The translations under genes were made by a program, and so were the position numbers. From contig ML002269.1 in NCBI GenBank assembly GCA_003614675.1, positions 1 through 52,858 on the forward strand: 52,858 bases of DNA. The letters run 5' to 3'. Each line of letters starts with the position of its first letter. Within the stretch, counting starts at the first letter, position 1. The notes under the pieces are model-generated. The model worked only from the letters and a program-made list of their open reading frames with translations, searched no databases and was not told the origin of the DNA. This DNA comes from Dimargaris cristalligena. Lineage: Eukaryota. Shown here piece by piece: positions 43,787-52,858 of the stretch.

Positions 43787-46573
43787 CTAGAGAAAAGAAT
43801 ATAGCCGCCGACAGCGGAGCGCATGGCTCAGGAGTCCACTACGTATATCATTCAGGGCAACTGCTATTGCGAATGAACCGCCCACGATGGCGCGGGATCC
43901 TCCCCGTTAAAATCAACCTTAGGAGGGACTAACACAACTCCCGAGACGAGGCTGACCGTACCGTCTGTCCTTCCAGCCGTCTATTTTTACTCGCATGTCA
44001 CTCAGCTGGTTCTACCATTGCGTACGCAGAACGGAGAGAGGGGGGGTTACACTGGTCCGTCGGCGGGAAGTATTAATCCACCGCACACTTCCACTTAACT
44101 TAGGCAGGTGAGAGGGCCAAACTGAGGGCGTCCACGGCCCGGCCCGCCCCTTTTATTTATAGGCCGATAATCCTTCTCTCTCTTCCACTACGCATGCCAA
44201 ACAATAGGCTGCACGGTCGAATCCACCACACCACTGTCTATTGTTCGCAACAACAGAGTTGATACAAATGCACACCATCCCTGGCTCAATGGAAGGGGGG
44301 GCACCAATCACCCCGCACGGTTGACCCTTGTGGAATGCCACGGCTACGGTTTGTTACTAAATCCGTTTAGGCGACCTTGCTAATGCGAAGGACGACACTT
44401 CCGCCCGCGTGTCACCTCGAAAGTCGCGTGGATGCTGTTTAGTGCCATCTCCCCCGTATCCGTCGGATATTTAGCCCCAAGCCACACATCCAGGAGATTT
44501 ATTTTTTTCAAAGTACAGCCAGCCAACGAATCTATTGAGGGGGCTATTGCTGTGGCCAAGGTAAAGCTGGCATTTTCCGGCTGCCCGGTTTTCCCATCCT
44601 ACACAGTTGAGCCCCTTCGGTTTATTGTCTATTACGCCATCTGTTTTCCCCCTTTTCCATTCACCCTTCCTAGAATCGGGTCATGTATATCGTGGTTGAT
44701 GCCAAGCCGAATAGGTCAGGGCGTAATTGGTTTAGCCTGACAAACTCCTCTTCTATCCCCACCTGACTAATTTCAATAGCAAATCAAGTCAGGAAAAGAG
44801 CTTTGATAGAAACAGTCCGTCCAAAACCAGATCCCAATTACATACCACTCATGCCTACAGTGGCGGTGCCCTTCGTATTCGCCCACTTATCAAACTACGG
44901 CTGCAGCTATGATTTGGCTAATCCCCCCAGTGACGGCCATATCCATTAGTTAGGCCCCAACCACCGAGCGCTTGAACTGCCAAAAGGGCGTATAGGTTGG
45001 TTATGGCAGATCGACCATCAATTGGTTCAGTCGCTGTCGAATAATCCTCCCGAATTAAGCAATCCCGCTCATCCTCCGGGTTCTTATTGGGATGCGATCG
45101 CCTATATCCGCTGTTCTCCTCCTCTCTCCTTCGCTCTCTCCGTTCCTCCTCCCCTCGACTGTCTTTGGGATTGCATTATTATTATGATTTTAAATTCGGT
45201 TGCCCTTCTCTTCCTCTTTGCTCGCTTTTCAAGATCACCGCGTTGTGTTGGAGTCGGTGGTCTATCCAAACCAATCACAATATCCCGAATACCGGTCTAA
45301 TTATAAAGAATCTCACATTGTGGGGGTACAGTGTGAGCTTCTCACTCTCCTTTCGCACTTATATTCACTCACTATTCACTTCAAAAATAAAGAAAATATA
45401 ATACGCCCCACCCACCCATCTATCTATCTTATATAATATGCACACAGGTCAATAATATAGGCAGACATATGCCCCCCACACCAATGGGGGGGGCCTTCAC
45501 ACACACCACCCCTATACGGCCATTCGTCCATACTCCTCCTCCATTTACCGCACTGCGTTATGTCCACTAGTCTTAATAAAGATCCATCACCAATCAAGTC
45601 AATCACGACCGGATGCACTAACCAATTACCGCATACCGATTATTGGATATGTGGGTGAAGAGTATAGGCGGTTTCCGTTTTCAAGCAGAGTACCGTGTCA
45701 ATAACACGACGCTATCCTAGTATACTGGTATATAATGAGAAGGACTAAATAACCATATGGGGCGAGATTCAATCTAGCTGTACACCAAGAAATCTGTTGG
45801 ATGGGTCTCCACTGTTACCGGTAAGAAAATACAAAATATCCCACCCAGTTTCCCATCCATGTATCATGTAACAAACCTACTGCAGTCAGGCGTAATATAA
45901 CTCCTATACACACACACACACACGTAAAAATCCTCATGGTTTGGGGTCGCTCTCCCAAGACATATGAGAATAATCTCACCTTTTCCCACCTCCTCTAGCA
46001 AAGCCTGGCACCCACAAATAAATTTAATTATAAAACGATCCGGCAATCCGAATACCCAAATGCCCATTAATCCACGATAATAATACCCGTACTAACATAT
46101 TATCGAATATCTTGATTGTTCACCGGTGCAGCCACAGGGCTTGGAATCGCCAAGATGCATCACCCATCTTTAAATGATGCCGTAATTAGATAAGCCTGCT
46201 TATTAATAGTAGATATAGGTGAAGTTTGGCTTGGCTGTATAAAGTTTTAACTGATATGTGCATGGGAAAATCGGTGGGATATGTATTATCACCTAATAGT
46301 ATTTGCCTTATCAAGTGGGTTTTTCGTTATACGCCTTGGTCGAACTACTCCCATATTATTACAATCAGTATCCTTCAAGTCCATGGAATTTGATGGATTA
46401 TGTACGGCTCTGATCAAGTGATTTCCATCGCCGCCCTGAAAGATATTCACTAAAAGTGGTAGCGGATTTACCACCACTCCCCTCTCTATCTCTACTGTAA
46501 ACCGGCCTTGGTCAATTCAATTTCACTGCAAATGTCAAGTGTCTAGGAGGGTTATTGCCAAGAGTCAGGGCGG

Positions 46574-48633
46574 CTATTCTTCGGCGGGATTTTTGAATTG
46601 GGAGCTGAAATCCATCAGGACTTCGGCATGCTCAGCGTAGGGAATCGTCGGACTATGTAACGCTCGAATTCTAGACACATCGGATGATTTAGTCGCCAGA
46701 CCATTAGTGGAATTGTAAATACGATGGGAAAATGAGGGTCAGTATAGTCAGTCAGTCAGTCAATGGCCAGAGTTTCAAAACCAATATACAAAATACGTTG
46801 GTAATGCCAATTAGATTACATTCATTGCTGACGGTGAAAATCCGGGAAAGGCGGCATACACCCAAGTTGGTGACAATATTCGACTTACTTTTCGCCAGAG
46901 CTCTTCGAGGGCCATGTCGGGAAGAGGGAGGGATCTTGTGGTAGTGGGCTCTCCCTAGTGAGGTTCGATTATCAATTGAAATGACCACATGGTTAAAATG
47001 AATCAGGTTGGCTCAGTCCATTGTTGTCGAGATTGAATCATCCAGAGTATGAGGGGGGGATAATGATAATAACTAATAAGATACCATACATATTAAAGTC
47101 CAACCACCCTGGCCATTCATCTTAATTGGTGCCCATAATCAATTAGGTAATACCGTTCAACATCATTACCAATAATGATTAAGTAGACTAGCCGCCAAGT
47201 CACTTACCGAAAATAGGGGTGTTCCAAGGCTTCTTCGGCCGTAATACGCTGGGCGGGATCGTAGGTTAAGAGGCGTGACAGCAGGTCTAACCCGTTCTCA
47301 GTGAGGGTCATGAACCGGGTACGAAGCTTCCCTCCACTGTTCTCAACGACCGGTTGATTGTTTTTTTTTTTTCAAAAAGAAACGGGCGGTTATATTAGTA
47401 GGCTTATATTTCCCAATGGGCTTGGCAAGGCTCGTGAAGGGGTATAGATACATTTCAGGGGCAACTTACGGATACACGGTAAAATTGAAGTTTTGGACGT
47501 GGGGGAGTTTGGGATATCCGGGCCATAGCTCTTCGTTGGGTGTCCCCAGTAGCTTGAAGATCTGTTATATTGGGTACGGTAATGCGATAAAAAGTCGAGG
47601 AGTCAATTAGTCCTGTTTGATAAAGACCAAGGTCCAAAGACGGCTCTGGAAGCAACTTGTCATATATATTTATCTATAAAAACTGCACCTACTTGGTTAA
47701 TTTGAGCGATTTCGCCCCGGCCCTGGAATAAGGGCGTCTTTTCGACGAGTTCAGCAAAAATACAACCAATGGACCACATGTCGATGGCTGTTGTGTACTC
47801 TTTTGCGCCTAGAAGTAGCTCGGGTGCACTATATGTCGTAATTGGACGGGTGGGGAGGGTGGCATAGTAAGTCAACCTGAATAGGTAATGCCATTAGTAC
47901 CGAGAGGTAGTGGTAGTATACACAAAATAGTAATTATGTCACATCGGTAGACCTGCGACTGGTGTCAATTAGCTAACGAAGACACACCGGTCCAGCCCAT
48001 TTCCCGAGGCCATACCTCAACTGGACGATAGGGCCATAATAGTAGCCGAATCATTCGATTTGCGTTGACTTACCGGTACCATAACGTAACGACCAGTTCG
48101 GTCATGTGTCCGGCTGGACTCCCGTACTTGCGGGCCAGTCCGAAATCGGCAATCTTAATCATACCCCGGTTATTCATCAACAAATTGGACGTTTTCAAAT
48201 CCCGGTGAATGAGCCATTGGTCATGCAACAGCGCCACACCTCTTAATAGTTGTTGCAGCAGGGTTTTAATTTCCGCCTGCAGAAAGGGTGACCGCATGTC
48301 CTCCAGTAGCGTTTTGAGGTCATGTTCCACGTATTCCATGACCAGGTAAATGCTAGTCAGGGTGTCCCCGACCACAATTTCGCGGACGTCCACGATGTTC
48401 GGGTGTTTGGCCACGAGGAGGAGGGCCTGGATTTCGCGGAGGGTGGTGATGGGAAACCCCTGGGTTTCTTGCTCGAGTTTGAGTTTCTTGAGCGCCACGA
48501 TGCGCCCCGTCTGCCGCTCCCGCGCCCGGTAGACGATCCCGTACGACCCTTCGGCGATGCGATTGAGGCGTTCGTATAAATGGACGCTGCGACAGCCTTC
48601 GAGGCGGGGCGCATGCTCTCGTGAGGTGGCCAT
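46574..48633 (-). CDS. CDK11: CDK11/CDK10-like (PITSLRE, Ppk23) cyclin-dependent kinase, ~359 aa, 6 exons: 48633-48074, 47828-47693, 47561-47470, 47336-47208, 46954-46889, 46670-46574
   Basis: '[23 protein letters not shown]', VALKKLK, '[10 protein letters not shown]', [16 protein letters not shown], 'VVTLWYRAPELLLG', 'IFKLLGTP', '[20 protein letters not shown]', '[16 protein letters not shown]'. All five introns are GT-AG and phase-compatible; the last exon is least certain. Confidence 0.9.
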
Positions 48634-49154
48634 GGGCAAGGGTGATGTACGTGTGTGTATGTGTTTGGTAAAGTTTTAAGGATTGGGTTCTAAATGGGAA
48701 CGCTGAAGGGGGTGGTGGTAGAATGGCCAACTCTAGAGAGGAATGAAATAATAGCGGTTGTCCATGAGGGGAAGCAAAACAGGAACTGGGCCAGCCCTAA
48801 CTATAAGTCAAGGGAGAAAATACGCGGTAGTATTATGGGCATAGACATGGCGCTTCTCAAGGGGGCCTCCGTGCTCATTGGTACAGTCAAATTGGAAATC
48901 ACGACCAAAATGGGTTCTCGTCTTGGGATTCCCATTTCCAGTTGGACGATTCACCCACCAACACTCAAGTAAAATATTTCACCAGCTTTAAAGTATCCAA
49001 TTTAACCAGGATTTAACCTACTCAAACCACCGATTTCGGGCCCGTCATCCCCGGTCGCTTCGCTAAAGGCCCATTCGCCAACTGCCTGCTCGGTTCTCCT
49101 TCTTGGCTACGCTCATTGCACCCGCATAACTAACCCACTTGGCAATTCTCGACC
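48634..49154. promoter_or_regulatory. Probable bidirectional promoter region between CDK11-like (-) and the pseudouridine synthase (+)
   Basis: Divergent start codons 521 bp apart. Confidence 0.5.
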
Positions 49155-52114
49155 ATGCTCGGCCGCTTACCCCCTACCAGCCTAGGCTCACCCCTGGGCC
49201 TTGCTGCCTCGGCTCTATTACGGCCCGGGTCACTTTGGTCGCCCCTTTTCCCCCACGTTTTGGCGTGGCCCAGCAAAGTGGGTTTCGCTCGGGCCATGGC
49301 CACGAAAAAACTCGACATCAAGGCGGCGGGGGTCCAGTATTTCACGCCGCCGCCCCAGTGGGACAACATGCGGCTGGACCGTTTGTTGCACCACTGTTTT
49401 CGGAAACCTACGGCTATTATCCAGAAGGACATCCGAAAAAAAAATGTAAGTAAGTTGCCGATATGGCCAGATATGAATACACGGGCACCGAGGATACGGT
49501 AATGGCTGAGGCATACTATGGTCACATACTAGGCTACCTAAGGTTTCTTGCACCGTTGTTATAAAATCCTAAACCATTAGGCCTCCCATTGTATTTCTAT
49601 ACATTGGATCCCCCCACTAATTCCGCCATTATTTTTGGCTTAATTGTAACCTTCACTACGAATAATCTACTCGGGGGGATTTTTCTAATATTCTGCGGAC
49701 CCAAGTTGATCATCGCCCATTCCGAAACTCCCGAGGACGAGAATTCATTTGTCCCCTTGAATGCAGTTACCTTCAAACTCAAGATGGGCCCTAATATTCG
49801 AGTGTATTACCCAGCCAGTGAAACTTTGTATTTGCCGGATGAAGAGGTCGCTGGTAAGGCGATGTTGGATACACTTCCCCGCCAGAAAGAGCTCGATTCA
49901 TTGCCGTATCCCGCTCGCTATGTTAGCAGCGGGGTTCTTGTCATTGATAAGCCCGCTGGAATCGAGTCCCAATGTAAGACTATATGATCTAGATATCTGC
50001 TTAGGTCTCTAGACAAATATACCGCGTTTACCGAGACGTTAGTTAACTATGGCAGCCCATGGTCGTTTGGTGCTGGTATTATATATGCTAAGTTGGTAAT
50101 AGTGTGGTGTACTGCTCTCGCCCCATATTCCTCATCATATTGGGCTGAATGTTAGTTAACTTACGAACATATGGTATCGTACTCTCGTGCATCTTCTCTT
50201 GACAATCTATCCATCTATATAACAGCGGGCAGCACCAAGTGCGTATCTATTGACGGGTTGAAGCAAAGTAGGTATCACGTATAAAAGGGGGAAAGAGAGC
50301 ATCCAGGGTCAAAAGTGCCAATCTGAAAATTTCTATACCCCTTTACATTGAAACAAGTCTAGTCATTTTCTATCATTCATATATATATATATACTCCCTT
50401 ATTTGATATGGGTGAAATTCAAACCAGCTGTATAAGGTTTTACATAATACATGTATGGACGATTATATGTGAGAATATCTTTTAACCAGTAATATTGGCC
50501 TCATCCAATGGATTTTTCATTATACAACCTGAATGAACTTCTCCCATATCGATTCTATGGTTTTATAGGAAATTATATTTTATTTTGCTTTGATATCAAC
50601 TAATCCTGTTTATATATTATTTAACTAACTAGAGTTCCGACTAGGGCAGACCGAGCCCCCACGGCTGGTTCATCGGCTCGATAGGGTAGGTGCACCTCAA
50701 AATTAGGTTATGCGGTTAGATCCATACCTGCCTGAACCACTATTTGTAACCTATTAGCTTGTATTAGAGTGGTGTGGTAGTGTGGGTGTTGTTTGACTGA
50801 CGCCCCGCGCTCTGTTTGGCTTATATTCTGGGATTTAATACCATGTCGTACTATATGTGCTATAACCTGGATACCTTTAATTTCTTACAATTGCCATTAT
50901 CGATTCCTTCGGGCTAGGATACCTCGGGACTGTTGGTCTTAGCTCGGACCCGAGCGACTTCAGTGAAGCTGGCCAGGCTATTCAAACTTGGGCGCCTTAA
51001 GAAAACGGTAAGTCTGAAATGATAGTGGGTCCTAAATACTATATCATCAGTAAATCCGATAATATTCAGTCATTAAAATCCAAAGTCGGTTTTGAAGGAA
51101 TTCATAGGTTTTTACAGTAATATGATTTTGACTATCCACTCGTTGGGTCGGACTAGTATATCGCCATCGTGAAGGGTGTTCCAAAGCGCATGGAGATCGG
51201 AGTGGAACATGTCGTCAAAGTCCCAATCGGCGATGTAGAACATTTCGGGTATACCTTCCGAGTGGCCGGTAAGTAGCGGCAGGGTGCGCGGTAGATTAAT
51301 TGCCCTGTGACTAAAATTATATTATTTAGATGGTCAGCTCGCTGATCGGTAATGCAAGGGACAGTTCAACCACATGTCTTCCGCATTACCTTAGGTAATT
51401 CCACATTCCTTTCCCTTGTATCTGCGCCTAAACATTAAAGTGCATCGACAAATTTTAATGTATTCATCCTCCTTCCCCCCTCTGTCCTCCGTTCACATTC
51501 CGTCGATTACGAAAAACCCAGACGTTATCCGAGGGGTCGAACTCGCGGACCGTGTCGAATCCGTCACCCACGTCACACTGCTGGAAACCGTCCTACACAC
51601 CGACGGCCACACGTACTCGGTTCTCAAACTCGAGCCGGTCACCGGCCGTAAACATCAGCTCCGCATCGTATGCGCCCACGTCTTAGGAACGCCCATCGTC
51701 CATGACCCGCGCTACACTCACCTGACTTCCACCTTTAGCCCGGACGGCAAGGGCAGTCGCCCCCTCTCCGCACCGGCCCTTTCCCCCATGTGTTTGCACC
51801 ATTGGCGAATTCGGATACCCCAATACAACTCCCGTGGTATAACGACCGATGAGAGAGAGGCGGTGGTGACGGCTCCGATTCCCCGGTATTATAGGGAGGC
51901 ATTGCCCACGGTGGATTTTGATACGCTTCTTGGAGCCAAGGGTAGGGGTAAGGATGAAGAAGGGGGAAAGAGAGCGCTGAACATAGAAGCGGCGGTGCAA
52001 CATGCTAATCTCGGGGACCAGCATGGCCAACAGTTATATATACCCAGCCAGATTAGTTTTGAGCGCCTCCTAAAACCGTCAGGTAGTACCTATCGAAAAA
52101 CTACGCGTATTTGA
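49155..52114 (+). CDS. RluA/RluC-family RNA pseudouridine synthase, probably mitochondrial, ~482 aa, 7 exons: 49155-49445, 49706-49973, 50226-50267, 50633-50685, 50918-51007, 51157-51268, 51522-52114
   Basis: N-terminus is Arg/Ser/Leu-rich and acid-free (presequence-like). S4-like 'MRLDRLL...IQKDIRK'; motif I 'VIDKPAGIESQ'; catalytic 'LVHRLDR|DTSGLLVLAR'; 'KKT|YIAIVKG'; 'TGRKHQLR'; 'GTPIVHDPRY'; 'MCLHHWRI'. All splice phases are consistent. Confidence 0.88.
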
Positions 52115-52587
52115 ATTAAGGTATCAGGACTTCCGTAAAGCTCGCCTGTAGTCTATTTACATTGCCAACTTGGTGTATCTCCCTTTGACTTACATGCTTA
52201 TTATAGACTGTCGTGGTTCATTTGAATAAATTAAATTAGTAGTATTGTAATCATTGTGGTATGGTCACCCGGTTCACCCACAATATACCATAAATTTATG
52301 GTTACTATAAGAAGTGCCCTTCTGACACTATTAAGGTTACGTATATATATATATAAACAGGAATATTTATTCTGCTATAACTAACACGAGTGATGTCCAT
52401 TGGTTCAAAAAAAGATAAAGAGAAATCTCCCACACAGATAAATATATATATGTGGGTGTATGTAAATAAATAACCGGTGGGCAGGCCTAATTACCGACTG
52501 AAAGGTGTGCTTGGTTGCATACCCCCAACCCTTTAGTTTGCCCCAAAGCGAGTAGGCGGTGTAGACCCCAACTTAAATCCGATTAGC

Positions 52588-52858
52588 CTAGTCATCCAGT
52601 TCCGAAGTGTTGAATCCAACCACGGGGAACTGGCGCGAAAAGTCCACTACCCGGGATTGGAGGTCACGCAGCTGGGGCACCACCGACACCCCGTCGCCGA
52701 GCTGATCCTTGAAGTCGCGGATTTTCTTACCGGCTACTTGGGCCTTGAAGTCCTTGGTGATAGTGACGGCTTCGTTAATGAACTCCACGACTTGGGCGAA
52801 GTCCCGTTCGACCAAACCGCGCGAGGTCATGGCTGGCGTCCCCACCCGGAGGCCACCG
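52588..52858 (-). CDS. SHMT: Serine hydroxymethyltransferase, C-terminal fragment (gene continues beyond window)
   Basis: 'GGLRVGTPAMTSRGLVERDFAQVVEFI...KKIRDFK...LQSRVVDFSRQFPVVGF' is the typical eukaryotic SHMT C-terminus. Confidence 0.93.
   Translation of the reverse strand, partial: GGLRVGTPAMTSRGLVERDFAQVVEFINEAVTITKDFKAQVAGKKIRDFKDQLGDGVSVVPQLRDLQSRVVDFSRQFPVVGFNTSELDD

Noticed and set aside
1-52858. tRNA/rRNA/snRNA genes, CRISPR arrays, transposons
   Set aside because: No cloverleaf with proper A/B boxes, no repeat-spacer arrays, and no RT/integrase/transposase motifs, LTRs or TIRs recognised by eye. tRNAscan-SE, Infernal and RepeatModeler would be needed to exclude them fully.

Overview
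Eukaryotic (fungal) genomic DNA with GT-AG introns and the standard genetic code. Gene content and style (mostly intronless long genes, PA/Fn3-type secreted subtilases, class IV chitin synthase, VNX1-type exchanger) suggest an early-diverging fungus, possibly Zoopagomycota/Kickxellomycotina (Dimargaris-like); this taxonomy is inference only. About 12 protein-coding loci in order: a partial CBS-domain protein (+); MIX23/Cid2 (-, 4 exons); CDC23/APC8 (-, 2 exons); a CSC1/OSCA/TMEM63 channel (+); a VNX1-like cation/H+ exchanger (+); two tandem secreted S8 subtilases (-), one with an in-frame TAA; an M1 aminopeptidase (-); an orphan 2-exon gene encoding a signal peptide fused to an F-box-like motif (+); class IV chitin synthase (-); a CDK11-like kinase (-, 6 exons); an RluA/RluC-family pseudouridine synthase (+, 7 exons); and a partial SHMT (-). 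Most interesting: (1) the predicted secreted F-box-like protein, a candidate host SCF-hijacking effector; (2) both subtilases carry Ser at the Met222-equivalent position (GTSSSSPY), mimicking engineered oxidation-resistant subtilisin; (3) a premature stop at a domain boundary in one subtilase copy. No RNA genes, CRISPR arrays or recognisable transposons were seen. There is one 24-N assembly gap.
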